Shown in pieces: positions 7,628 through 16,791 of a stretch of 39,667 nucleotides of DNA. Position numbers and translations under genes: made by a program. Below the pieces are notes generated by a model, which had not been told where the DNA came from, made no database searches, and worked only from the letters and a program-made list of their open reading frames with translations. The first letter of the stretch is position 1, and each line of letters opens with the position of its first letter. The DNA comes from Candidatus Nealsonbacteria bacterium CG07_land_8_20_14_0_80_39_13 (GTDB lineage Bacteria; Patescibacteriota; Minisyncoccia; Minisyncoccales; GCA-002779355), in contig PEWS01000027.1 of the NCBI GenBank assembly GCA_002779355.1, forward strand, positions 1 to 39,667. Reading direction: 5' to 3'.

Positions 7628-9034
7628 TTAGTTGATTTTGGCGATGGCCAGGGAGTTATTAATCTCTATTCTTTTCCAGTTGCCTCCGTGAATTATCAGA
7701 ACATTCTCTCCGACTTTAACCAATCCTTGTTTTTTTAATTCATTTAGGATGGGGAGCGGGCTTCTGAAAGCTCCTGTTGGAAATTTTACAAAAAAACTTG
7801 TTACTCCATACAGCAAAGCTGAAAACTCGGCGGTTTTTTTATTGTTGGTTATGGCAATCACCGGTATGCTTGGCCTTAAGCTGGATAGGGCTCTGACTGA
7901 ATACCCGGTGGAAGTGAAAACAAGAGCTTTCGTTATATTGAAGTCTTTATGATTTTCAATTATTTCCATGCCTGCTTCAGAAATCAATTCCACAAAGCTG
8001 TTGGGCTTAGGAGCTAATCTTAAAGAGGGGCATTCTTTTTCATTGAAATCCAATATTCGGGACATTGTCTCAATTGTCTTGATCGGATATTTTCCGGCGG
8101 CGGTTTCTTCGGAAAGCATTACTGCGTCGGTGCCGTTGAAAACAGCATTGGCGACATCCGTCGCCTCCGCTCTTGACGGGCTGGGATTATCAATCATTGA
8201 CATAAGCATTTGGGTGGCGACGATAACCGGTTTTCTTTTTTCCCGGCATTTGGAAATGATGGATTTTTGCCAGTAAGCGATCTGCTCAATTGGTATCTCA
8301 ACTCCGAGGTCTCCTCTGGCTATCATTATTGCGTCAGCCGATTCAATGATTTCTTCTATATTGTTCAGAGCTTCTTTATTTTCTATTTTAGCGACGATTT
8401 GAGCTGTTATTTTTCTTTTCTTCATTTCCTTCCTTAGGAATTCAACGTCCTCCTTTGTTCTGCAGAAAGAAAGGGCGATAAAGTCAATTTTAACTCTGGC
8501 CGCCATATCCAGTTTTTTCAGGTCGTCGTTGATAAGGGAAGGCAAGCCTGTCTTTTTCCCGGGGAAATTGACGCCTTTCCTGTTTTTTATAATTCCGTCT
8601 CCGAGGGCTCGGGCGTATAAAAATCCGTTTTTCTTTTCAATCACTTCAAATTCAAAAAACCCATTATCTATTGAGAAAAGGTCTTTCGGTTTCAGCATTT
8701 TTAAAATATTGGAGTGGGGAATGACTATTTTTATTTCCGGAGAGGAAAAAGATTTCCCGAAAATTAAGGACTCGTTTTTTTTGAAAATTACAGCCTCTTT
8801 GTTTTTTGTGAAAATTCTGACTTCAGGTCCCTGGAGGTCTATCATGATGCCGACAGGGATTTCCAGAGAATCTGATATCTCTTGGACTATTTTTATTTTT
8901 TCATTATGCCATTCAACGGTAGAATGTTTCATATTGAAGCGAAAAACATTCACGCCGGCTTTTATAAGAGCGGCTATGTCTTTAGGGCTTTCCGAAACTG
9001 GCCCTATTGTAGCAATAATTTTCGTCTTTTTCAT
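7628..9034 (-). CDS. pyk: Pyruvate kinase
   Basis: TKIIATIGP, NVFRFNMKHS, MIARGDLGVEIP, ATQMLMSM, and a C-terminal domain. Confidence 0.95.
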   Translation of the reverse strand: MKKTKIIATIGPVSESPKDIAALIKAGVNVFRFNMKHSTVEWHNEKIKIVQEISDSLEIPVGIMIDLQGPEVRIFTKNKEAVIFKKNESLIFGKSFSSPEIKIVIPHSNILKMLKPKDLFSIDNGFFEFEVIEKKNGFLYARALGDGIIKNRKGVNFPGKKTGLPSLINDDLKKLDMAARVKIDFIALSFCRTKEDVEFLRKEMKKRKITAQIVAKIENKEALNNIEEIIESADAIMIARGDLGVEIPIEQIAYWQKSIISKCREKRKPVIVATQMLMSMIDNPSPSRAEATDVANAVFNGTDAVMLSEETAAGKYPIKTIETMSRILDFNEKECPSLRLAPKPNSFVELISEAGMEIIENHKDFNITKALVFTSTGYSVRALSSLRPSIPVIAITNNKKTAEFSALLYGVTSFFVKFPTGAFRSPLPILNELKKQGLVKVGENVLIIHGGNWKRIEINNSLAIAKIN

Positions 9035-9046
9035 AGATATTTGTTT

Positions 9047-9090
9047 AGGATTATACTAGGATTATAATAGGATTATACAAGGATATATTA
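9047..9090. repeat. 11-bp tandem repeat x4 (AGGATTATACT-like) just upstream of pyk
   Basis: Read on the pyk strand, each unit contains TATAAT, giving three phased -10-like hexamers. Confidence 0.7.
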
Positions 9091-9236
9091 TAGCATCATT
9101 CAGGAGATTGACGAACAAAATATGTCCGGGAAGGACGCCCTGCAGGCGCGCCCTGCAGATTTGTCTATGAAATCAGCGGATTTGACTGGGGATGTTTGAA
9201 AGTGTAAAATGAAAATATCAGATTAAATTTACTTCT

Positions 9237-10703
9237 ATGGCGCTGAAGAAGAAAAAAACGAAAAAAATAAATAAAAAAACAAAACCAATCTTCGCTAAGG
9301 CGATGACCAAGAAAAGGCCCGCCCTTATTAAGGTTGTAGAGGCGCAGCCGATTGACGAGAAAGGAGATTTTCTGAAGAAGGTCAAAATAAGGATAATCGG
9401 CATCGGCGGAGGCGGAGGGACAATTGTTTCAGAAATTGTTCCTAAGGTTGAAAAGGTGAGTTTTGTTATTGCCAATACCGATCGCCAGGCGCTGAAAGTG
9501 GCCAGTAATAAAGCTATTCATTTCCAATTCGGAGAGAGTTTAACAAGGGGTTTGGGGACAGGCATGAACGCCGGACTAGGAGAGGAAGTGGCTCTGCAGG
9601 AAAAGGATAAAATAGAAAAATTATTGCAGGGACAGGATTTGTGCATAATTATTTCTTGTTTGGGCGGAGGCGCCGGTTCAGGCGCAGCTTCTGTCTTTGC
9701 CCAAATTTCTAAAAATTTAGGGAACTTAACTTACGGAATATTTACTTTGCCTTTTAAATTTGAAGGAGAGAGAAAAATGGAAATTGCCAAAGAAGCCTTG
9801 AAGAAAATAAAACCGAAATTGAACGCCATTTCAATTATTCCTAACGAAAGAATTTTCCAAATTATTGACAGAAACACTCCCTTAAAGTCAGCTTTATCGG
9901 CAATAAATGAAAAATTAGCCGATAACTTGGAAGATCTCGTGGAAATTATTTATGAACCGGGGCTTATTAATATTGATTTTGCCGATTTGAGAACTGCTTT
10001 AAGCGGAGATAGGGGAAAGTTGACTTATTTGAATACAATTAAGATTAAAAGAAGCGAGAACGCTGTTCAGGAGGCGATTGAGAAAGTTTTAAATTCTCCG
10101 CTCTATTCCTACGGAATTAAAGGGGCTAAGGGAGTTTTGCTTAATATCGCCGGAGAAGATAATTTAAGCATAGAAGAGGTTAATCAAATTTCAGAAACAG
10201 TTTCCTGTCTTTTGAATAAAGATGCGAAAATTGTTTTCGGGATTTCTCAAGGGAAAAAATATGCTGACGCTATAAAAACAACTTTGCTTGCCGTCGGTTG
10301 CGGGGCAAAAATTTTCTCTGAAGAAAAGGAGGCTAAGAATGACAATGAGGAGGGAAAACCGAAGAAAATACAGAAAATAAAAAAAAGAAAAATTAAAAGA
10401 AAAATTAAAACAGAAAAAGCAAAAGTTCCCAGAAAAAAGAATATTTCTAAGAAAAAAAAGAAGAGAGTTTCTCAAGAGAAAGCTACGGATAAAAAAGAAG
10501 AAAAAACAGAAGGTATTCAAAATCCGGTTGAGGTAAGCGAGGAGGGGAAATACCCGCCCGTTCAGGAATCAAAGCCTATGGAGATCAGCAGGAAAAATGC
10601 TCTTCAAATGAGAAAAGATGCTGAAGATGAAGAAAAAGAAATGATAGAAAAGGAAGAATTTTGGGAAACGCCGGCTTTTTTAAGAAGTAAAAACATCAAA
10701 TAA
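9237..10703 (+). CDS. ftsZ: Cell division GTPase FtsZ with Lys-rich N- and C-terminal extensions
   Basis: IGIGGGGG, GLGTGMNAGLG, GGGAGSGAASV tubulin-like motifs. The conserved C-terminal peptide TPAFLRSK is present. Confidence 0.92.
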   Translation: MALKKKKTKKINKKTKPIFAKAMTKKRPALIKVVEAQPIDEKGDFLKKVKIRIIGIGGGGGTIVSEIVPKVEKVSFVIANTDRQALKVASNKAIHFQFGESLTRGLGTGMNAGLGEEVALQEKDKIEKLLQGQDLCIIISCLGGGAGSGAASVFAQISKNLGNLTYGIFTLPFKFEGERKMEIAKEALKKIKPKLNAISIIPNERIFQIIDRNTPLKSALSAINEKLADNLEDLVEIIYEPGLINIDFADLRTALSGDRGKLTYLNTIKIKRSENAVQEAIEKVLNSPLYSYGIKGAKGVLLNIAGEDNLSIEEVNQISETVSCLLNKDAKIVFGISQGKKYADAIKTTLLAVGCGAKIFSEEKEAKNDNEEGKPKKIQKIKKRKIKRKIKTEKAKVPRKKNISKKKKKRVSQEKATDKKEEKTEGIQNPVEVSEEGKYPPVQESKPMEISRKNALQMRKDAEDEEKEMIEKEEFWETPAFLRSKNIK

Positions 10704-10713
10704 TTTTAAACAT

Positions 10714-11595
10714 ATGGAAGAAGAAATAAAAGAAATATTAAAGGGAATTTATAAAGAAAGGCCAAAAGGGACATATTTCAGAAAATATGATTTTGGTATG
10801 GTTTTGGTTATCGGCGGAGGTAATTTTTATTCAGGGTCGCCGGCTTTATCGGCTATGGCAGCTTTGGAAACCGGAGCGGATATGACCAGGATCATTGCTC
10901 CAAAGAGAGCGGCTGATATTATCGCCGGTTTCTCGCCTGACTTGGCCGCTTACCCCTTGAAAGGGGATTATATTTCCAAATGCCATTTGACTGACTTGAT
11001 TTCAATGACTGAATCAGCCAAGGCTGTGTCAAGAGGAAACTTGTCAGTGGTCATCGGCGGAGGCATGGGCAGATCGCCGGAAACACAGGAAACAATCCTT
11101 GAATACATTTCAAAAGTTGACGTTCCGATGGTTATTGATGCTGACGCCATTTACGCCCTGAACAGCAAGCCGGAAGGAGTTAAATTAATAGCTGGAAAAG
11201 ATTTTTTGATCACGCCTCATAAGTACGAGTTTTTTGTATTAACAGGAAAAGATATTGAAGGTATTTCCCATGCCGATAAAGTGGAAGTTGTCAGGGAAGA
11301 AGCCGGTCGTCTCAAAACCAACATACTTCTCAAGGAAAGTCCGGATATAATTTCCAACGGGAAAGATGTTCTTTTGAATAAAGTCGGCAGTCCCTATATG
11401 AGCGTTGGCGGAACAGGAGATTCTTTAGCCGGAATTTGTGGCGCTTTGATGGCTAGAAGAATAAATCCTTTCAAGGCTGCTCAAATTGCTACTTATATCA
11501 ATGGCCGAGCCGGAGAAATCGCAGCTGAACGCAGAAAAGACAGCTTGAAAGCGACTGACGTCATATCCACCATCAACCAAGCCATCTTCTCGTAA
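10714..11595 (+). CDS. nnrD: NAD(P)H-hydrate dehydratase (YjeF C-terminal-type carbohydrate kinase)
   Basis: KYDFGMVLVIGGG, VIDADA, GGTGDSLAGICGALMA. Confidence 0.8.
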   Translation: MEEEIKEILKGIYKERPKGTYFRKYDFGMVLVIGGGNFYSGSPALSAMAALETGADMTRIIAPKRAADIIAGFSPDLAAYPLKGDYISKCHLTDLISMTESAKAVSRGNLSVVIGGGMGRSPETQETILEYISKVDVPMVIDADAIYALNSKPEGVKLIAGKDFLITPHKYEFFVLTGKDIEGISHADKVEVVREEAGRLKTNILLKESPDIISNGKDVLLNKVGSPYMSVGGTGDSLAGICGALMARRINPFKAAQIATYINGRAGEIAAERRKDSLKATDVISTINQAIFS

Positions 11596-11835
11596 TTTTC
11601 AATTTTTAATTTTCAATGAATTTTCAATTTTCCAATTTTCAAAAAATAATATCAATGCCAATTGGGATTTTGATTTTTTCAGGGATTTTTTTAATGACGA
11701 ATTGTGTTTATGCGGGCATGGATCATGGCTTGACGTGCCGGATATTAATTCCATAGAAGAACCAAAAATCCTCGATCAAATAATTTCCACTTTTAAGTTT
11801 TTGAAGTAAAAATTGAATTTTGGTGAAAAATTTGA

Positions 11836-11841
11836 TAATAT
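11836..11841 (+). promoter_or_regulatory. Extended -10 (TGATAATAT), 6 nt before the DUF433 ATG
   Basis: TG at 11833-11834, TAATAT at 11836-11841, ATG at 11848. Confidence 0.45.
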
Positions 11842-11847
11842 TAAAAT

Positions 11848-12063
11848 ATGAATCGAATCGCATATAATAAGAAAATACTTGGTGGCAAACCTATTATTAA
11901 GGGAACAAGGATTTCCATTGAATTTATATTGGAACTTTTAGCATCGGGAATGGAACCGGAGCAAATTATAAAAGAATATCCTTCCCTTAAAAAGCAAGAT
12001 ATTTTAGCTGTTCTTGAGTATGCAGCCATAACCGTAAAAAGAGAAGAGTTTATCTTCGCTTAA
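11848..12063 (+). CDS. DUF433 antitoxin-like protein
   Basis: GGKPIIKGTRISIEFILELLASGMEPEQIIKEYPSLKKQDILAVLEYA is the typical DUF433 core. Confidence 0.75.
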   Translation: MNRIAYNKKILGGKPIIKGTRISIEFILELLASGMEPEQIIKEYPSLKKQDILAVLEYAAITVKREEFIFA

Positions 12064-12066
12064 TTT

Positions 12067-12426
12067 ATGGGTATTATGAAATTTTTAGCTGATGAAAATA
12101 TAGCGCCTCGCGTAGTTTTAGTTTTAAGGGAAAACGGGTTTAATGTAACGAGTATTTGCGAAGAGAAATTTTCCGGCGCTTCAGATGAAAAAATTCTTAA
12201 ATTAGCTCAAAAACAAAAGAGGATTATTCTAACCCACGATAAAGATTTCGGCGATTTAATCCACCAACCATTTCAGCCTCCTTGTGGGGTAATCTTATTA
12301 AGATTGAGAAATCAATCGCCGGACAGCGTTATAAATCATTTAATTCCTTTTTTAGGGAAAATTGGTCTGGAAAAAATTAAAAACAGGCTAGTTATCCTAT
12401 GTGAAGGAAAGATAAGAATAATCTAA
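12067..12426 (+). CDS. DUF5615 PIN-like toxin partner of DUF433
   Basis: MKFLADENI...SD.KIL.LA...RIILTHDKDFGDL pattern. It starts 4 nt after the DUF433 gene. Confidence 0.7.
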   Translation: MGIMKFLADENIAPRVVLVLRENGFNVTSICEEKFSGASDEKILKLAQKQKRIILTHDKDFGDLIHQPFQPPCGVILLRLRNQSPDSVINHLIPFLGKIGLEKIKNRLVILCEGKIRII

Positions 12427-12502
12427 AACAACATGAGGCCAGATGCTTTCTACGTTTAAATTTATTAAAAATTAAAAATTAAAAATTAAAAATTTTACGA
12501 AT

Positions 12503-13423
12503 ATGTACGATATTATAATTATTGGGGGAGGGCCGGCGGGAATAAACGCCGGAATATACGCAGCCAGATACAGATTAAAAACGCTTTTGATAACGGAAAA
12601 TTTCGGCGGACAGATAGTCTGGAAATCAGTTGATATAGAAAATTATCTCGGTTTTGGAAAAATTTCCAGTCCGGATTTAATTAAGAAATTCAGAGAACAT
12701 CTGAAGAATTTTGAAGTAGAAATTATGGAAGGCGATTCAGTAATAGGTGTTTCTAAGGGGGAAGCAGGGTTCCTTGTTAAAACGAAGAGCGGAAAGGATT
12801 TTGAAGGGAAAACAGCTATCGTCGCTTCAGGGGCAAGTCCTCGTCATTTGAATGTCGCCGGAGAAAAAGAATTTATCGGCAGAGGCGTGAGTTATTGCGC
12901 TACTTGCGATGCTGCTATGTTCAAAAATAAATCTGTTGCCGTAATCGGCGGAGGCAATGCCGGATTTGAAGCGGCTTTAGCTTTAAGCAAGTGGGCTGAC
13001 AAAATCTATATTTTGGAATTCGCTCCGACAATGCCGGCTGATGAAGCCAATAAATCAATGGCTGCTGAAACCGGGAAAATAGAGTTGATTGCCGGCGTCG
13101 CCTTGAAAGAAATTAAAGGAGCTCAATTTGTAAGTTCCATAAATTACGAAGACAGGGTTTCCAAGGAAATTAAAAGCCTTAACGTAGAAGGAGTTTTTAT
13201 TGAAATAGGGCATCAGCCGGCTAATGTTTTTGTTAAGGACTTGGTTGAATTCAATGAAAAAAGCGAGATAAAAGTTGACGATAATTTTATGTCTAAAACG
13301 CCGGGTTTTTTTGCCGCCGGGGACGTTAACAATACAAAATACAAGCAGATTATAGTCGCCGCCAGCGAGGGCGCTCAGGCGGCCTTATCGGCCTACGAAT
13401 ACCTCAGAACATATGGAAAATAA
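12503..13423 (+). CDS. trxB: Thioredoxin-disulfide reductase
   Basis: FAD site IIIGGGPAG, redox CATCDA, NADPH site VIGGGNAG, GDV. Confidence 0.92.
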   Translation: MYDIIIIGGGPAGINAGIYAARYRLKTLLITENFGGQIVWKSVDIENYLGFGKISSPDLIKKFREHLKNFEVEIMEGDSVIGVSKGEAGFLVKTKSGKDFEGKTAIVASGASPRHLNVAGEKEFIGRGVSYCATCDAAMFKNKSVAVIGGGNAGFEAALALSKWADKIYILEFAPTMPADEANKSMAAETGKIELIAGVALKEIKGAQFVSSINYEDRVSKEIKSLNVEGVFIEIGHQPANVFVKDLVEFNEKSEIKVDDNFMSKTPGFFAAGDVNNTKYKQIIVAASEGAQAALSAYEYLRTYGK

Positions 13424-14669
13424 TAAAATTAAATCAATAAGGGCGAGAGAAATTTTGGATTCAAGGGGAAATCCGACAGTTGAAGTTGAATTGAAAACCA
13501 AGCTCGGCTGTTTTTACGCTTCGGTTCCGTCGGGCGCGTCAACAGGGGAATGCGAGGCAGTTGAATTAAGGGACGGCGGAGAAAGATATGGCGGGAAAGG
13601 AGTTTTGAAAGCTCTAAAAAACATCAACGAAATTATTGCCCCTAAACTTAAAGGGAAAAGCGTTTTAGAACAGAAAAAAATAGATGATATAATGATTAAG
13701 CTGGATGGCACGGAGAATAAATCAAAATTAGGCGCTAATGCTATTTTGCCGGTTTCAATGGCGGTTTGCCGAGCCGGCGCTGCCACAAGCAACATTCCCC
13801 TGTATAAATATATCAACAAAATTCAAAATTCAAAATTCAAAATTCAAAATTTCAGAGCGCCTTCTCCTTGTTTTAATATCATTAATGGAGGAGCGCATTC
13901 CAGCAGCAATCTGGATATTCAGGAATTTATGATCATTCCTCAGGGGAATAATTTTGCGGAAAATCTTCAAATTTCAACGGAAATTTATCATAATTTGGAA
14001 TCTATTTTTGAGAAAAAATTTGGCGCCGGGTCCGTGAGTCTGGGAGACGAGGGAGGGTTCAGTTCAATGACCCTTGGCGTTGAAGATGCTCTGGATATTA
14101 TAATGAAGGCTGTAAATCACAAGAAATACGGAGAAAAAATAAAATTGGGCCTGGATTGCGCCGCCAATCATTTTAAAAAGAAAAATTCCAGCCAATACTT
14201 TTTGGAAAATAGAGAGCTTTCATCAGAAAGTTTAATGAATTTTTATCAGGATCTTGTTGATGAATATCCGATTATATTTTTGGAAGATCCATTTGCCGAA
14301 AAAGACTTTAACGGTTTCAAGGAAATTCAGCGGCTATTGAGAGAAAAAATATTGATTATCGGCGATGATTTGATATGCACTAATCCTAAAATGATCAGAA
14401 AAGCGAAAGAAGAGAATTTATGCAATGGGATGATTGTAAAAATGAATCAAATAGGAACAATTTCAGAAACATTAGAGGCAGCGGCCTTGGCTAAGTCGTT
14501 CAGCTGGAAACTCATCACTTCTCACCGGTCAGGCGACACCTGCGATGATTTTATCGCTGATTTAGCAGTGGGAATTGGTAGCGACTTTATAAAATCCGGC
14601 GCTCCGGCCCGCGGTGAACGCGTGGCAAAATACAATCGCTTGTTGAAAATCGAGCAAGAACTTAATTAG
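13413..14669 (+). CDS. eno: Enolase
   Basis: ILDSRGNPTVEVE, SVPSGASTGE.EA.ELRDG, NGGAHS, IQEFMI, SHRSGDT. Confidence 0.95.
   Translation: MENNKIKSIRAREILDSRGNPTVEVELKTKLGCFYASVPSGASTGECEAVELRDGGERYGGKGVLKALKNINEIIAPKLKGKSVLEQKKIDDIMIKLDGTENKSKLGANAILPVSMAVCRAGAATSNIPLYKYINKIQNSKFKIQNFRAPSPCFNIINGGAHSSSNLDIQEFMIIPQGNNFAENLQISTEIYHNLESIFEKKFGAGSVSLGDEGGFSSMTLGVEDALDIIMKAVNHKKYGEKIKLGLDCAANHFKKKNSSQYFLENRELSSESLMNFYQDLVDEYPIIFLEDPFAEKDFNGFKEIQRLLREKILIIGDDLICTNPKMIRKAKEENLCNGMIVKMNQIGTISETLEAAALAKSFSWKLITSHRSGDTCDDFIADLAVGIGSDFIKSGAPARGERVAKYNRLLKIEQELN
13818..13853 (+). repeat. Heptanucleotide tandem repeat (AAAATTC x4 plus a partial unit) inside eno
   Basis: Direct reading. It translates as KIQNSKFKIQNF in a variable surface loop. 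Confidence 0.9.
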
Positions 14670-14762
14670 TTTTTTGTAAAATAAAATGACAATTATTGAC
14701 GAAATTGTTATTGAAGTCATATTGTTGATGTCAGACGTCAATATAAAATTTTCATATAAATC

Positions 14763-15455
14763 ATGCCCTACAGAAAAGAACAGTTTATCAATGAAGAGAT
14801 TTATCATATTGTTATAAGGGGAATTGACGAAAACTTAATTTTTAAGAATATAGACGATTATTATCGCGGCATTTTTTCCATATACGAATTTAATACAATA
14901 AAACAGGTAACTATAAGGGAGCGTCGCAGTATTCGCGCTAAAATAAAAGCCGAAATGAAAACTAACAGAGACCCGATCTCTGTAACCGATTCGAGGGAAA
15001 AATTAGTGGAGATTTTATGTTTTTGCTTTATGCCAAACCACATGCATTTGCTTTTAAGGCAAATTAAAGACAATGGCATTAGTAAATTCATGGCCAAATT
15101 TGGTATTGGATACGGAGGATATTTTAATAGGAAATATAGCAGAAAGGGGTATGTTTTTCAGCAAAGATTTTTCGCTGTTCGTGTAAAAACCCAAAAACAA
15201 TTTGAAACAGTTTTTGTTTATATCCATGCCAATCCAGTATCATTAATTGAGCCGAAATGGAAAGAAAAGGGAATCAAAAATCCAAGAAAGGTAATTAATT
15301 TTTTAGAAAATTATAAATGGTCAAGCTATCAAGACTATGTTGGTAAAAAGAATTTTCCTTCCGTTACGGATAGAGAATTTATGTCAAAGACCATGGGTGA
15401 TGAGGAGGGATGTAGAGAAATTATTAAAAATTGGATAGAATATAAAGAAGAATAA
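14763..15455 (+). CDS. HUH Y1 transposase, IS200-like / REP-associated tyrosine transposase (RAYT)-like
   Basis: HUH motif in FMPNHMHLLL. Y1-type C-terminal region VYIHANPV. N-terminal YHIVIRG strand. Confidence 0.8.
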   Translation: MPYRKEQFINEEIYHIVIRGIDENLIFKNIDDYYRGIFSIYEFNTIKQVTIRERRSIRAKIKAEMKTNRDPISVTDSREKLVEILCFCFMPNHMHLLLRQIKDNGISKFMAKFGIGYGGYFNRKYSRKGYVFQQRFFAVRVKTQKQFETVFVYIHANPVSLIEPKWKEKGIKNPRKVINFLENYKWSSYQDYVGKKNFPSVTDREFMSKTMGDEEGCREIIKNWIEYKEE

Positions 15456-15476
15456 TTACAGAGATCGGGTCTCTGT
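15456..15476. repeat. 21-nt hairpin; exact reverse complement of 14965-14985 inside the transposase ORF
   Basis: TTACAGAGATCGGGTCTCTGT here and ACAGAGACCCGATCTCTGTAA inside the ORF. Each has an 8-bp stem (TACAGAGA/TCTCTGTA). Confidence 0.85.
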
Positions 15477-15537
15477 AGGGTCTTTGTACGATGGGCGGAA
15501 ATTAGAAATCGGAAATTAGAAATTAAAAGGTTTTTTT

Positions 15538-16758
15538 ATGAAAATAATATTGATACTTATTGATGGTTTAGGAGATGAACCGATTCCCGCTTTGGGGAAC
15601 AAGACTCCGCTTGAGGTGGCTGAAACGCCGAATTTGGATTTTATGGCAAAAAACGGCCGATGTGGTTTGGTTAAGACATTTAGATTTCCGGAAGAAAATG
15701 AGCCGACTTCAGAGGGAGCGCACATTGCTTTGTTTGGTTACGAAGATAACTTTCTCGGCAGGGGCGCTTACGAAGCAATGGGTATTGGGATTAAATTAAA
15801 AAAGACAGATGTTGCCTTAAGGGTGAATTTCGCTTTTGTTTTTCAGGAAGAAGAAAGCGGGCTAACTATCGTTGACCGAAGGGCCGGTCGGATAGAAAAA
15901 ACCCAGCCACTGATTAAAGCTCTTTCCGGAATTAAAATTCAAGGGATAACATTCTTACTGAAAAAGGCCTTTGGACACAGGGCAGTTTTAGTAATGAGGG
16001 GAAAAGGTTTGTCGAAAAATATTTCCGACGGCGATTCTCATGCGGAAAATGGCCTTGTAAAAAATATTCTTCCCTTAGACGATTCGAAAGAGGCGAAATT
16101 TACAGCCGAGGTTTTGAATCAATTCCTTGCCCAGTCCCATCAGATTCTGGAAAATAGCGTTTTTAATAAAAAAAGGGGAAAGAACGGACTTTTGCCGGCC
16201 AATTTTCTTTTGATTAGAAGAGCCGGACAGATTGGGGACATTGTAAGTTTTAAGAATAAATATGGATTGAGGTCAGGTTTTGTCGCAGGAGGAGGACTTT
16301 ATAAGGGCATGGCAAGGATTTTAGGAATGAAGGAAATAAAGGTTAAAGGCGCCACCGGATTTTATAATACCAATCTTAAAGGAAAAATTTCAGCCGTTAA
16401 GAAAAATATTAATAATTTTAATTTCATTTTTTGCCATATAAAAGCGACTGATACTTTCGCTCACGACGGAGATTTTCAAGGAAAAAAAGATTTTATAGAA
16501 AAGATAGATAAAAATTTGAAACCGCTTTTGAATTTAAAGAATACTTTAATTGTTGTCACCGGAGATCATTCTACCTGTTCTTTAGAGAAAGATCATTGCT
16601 GTTTGCCTGTTCCAATTTTTGTTTATGGCGAAGAAAAAGATTTGATAAATAAGTTTTCAGAGAGAGATTGCTTGAAGGGGAGTCTGGGGACAATTAAGCA
16701 GGAAGATTTTATGCAAATTATTTTGAATTATGCTAAAATAAACAATAATAAACAATAA
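15538..16758 (+). CDS. apgM: Cofactor-independent phosphoglycerate mutase, archaeal type
   Basis: ILILIDGLGDEPIPALGNKTPLEVAETPNLDFMAKNG, and TGDHSTC near the C-terminus. Confidence 0.85.
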   Translation: MKIILILIDGLGDEPIPALGNKTPLEVAETPNLDFMAKNGRCGLVKTFRFPEENEPTSEGAHIALFGYEDNFLGRGAYEAMGIGIKLKKTDVALRVNFAFVFQEEESGLTIVDRRAGRIEKTQPLIKALSGIKIQGITFLLKKAFGHRAVLVMRGKGLSKNISDGDSHAENGLVKNILPLDDSKEAKFTAEVLNQFLAQSHQILENSVFNKKRGKNGLLPANFLLIRRAGQIGDIVSFKNKYGLRSGFVAGGGLYKGMARILGMKEIKVKGATGFYNTNLKGKISAVKKNINNFNFIFCHIKATDTFAHDGDFQGKKDFIEKIDKNLKPLLNLKNTLIVVTGDHSTCSLEKDHCCLPVPIFVYGEEKDLINKFSERDCLKGSLGTIKQEDFMQIILNYAKINNNKQ

Positions 16759-16791
16759 TCAATAAACAATAACTAATAACTAATAAAAAAT

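Noticed and set aside
7749-9067. Plus-strand ORFs opposite pyk: 7749-7952, 7968-8276, 8210-8437, 8529-9059, 8882-9067.
   Set aside because: These are shadow ORFs antisense to a full-length, motif-rich pyruvate kinase. Their translations are low-complexity or hydrophobic with no motifs.
11591-11809. An open frame without ATG ending ...LCLCGHGSWLDVPDINSIEEPKILDQIISTFKFLK, and an overlapping 45-codon hydrophobic sORF, both in the nnrD-DUF433 spacer.
   Set aside because: The 5' two-thirds is translation of heptamer repeats, and there is no canonical start or recognisable motif. It may be a gene remnant, but this cannot be supported from sequence alone.
12465-12492. The short tandem arrays could be a CRISPR array.
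   Set aside because: The units are 7 nt with no spacers, and there are no cas genes in the window. These are microsatellite-like repeats, not CRISPR.
12465-12492. The AATTAAAAATTA repeats before trxB could be an alternative SD, complementary to the A/U-rich 16S tail (UAAUUUUUAAUU).
   Set aside because: The same repeat family occurs in the opposite, non-complementary orientation before other genes such as acs and ftsX. The complementarity is therefore probably compositional coincidence. It is mentioned only as a testable long shot.
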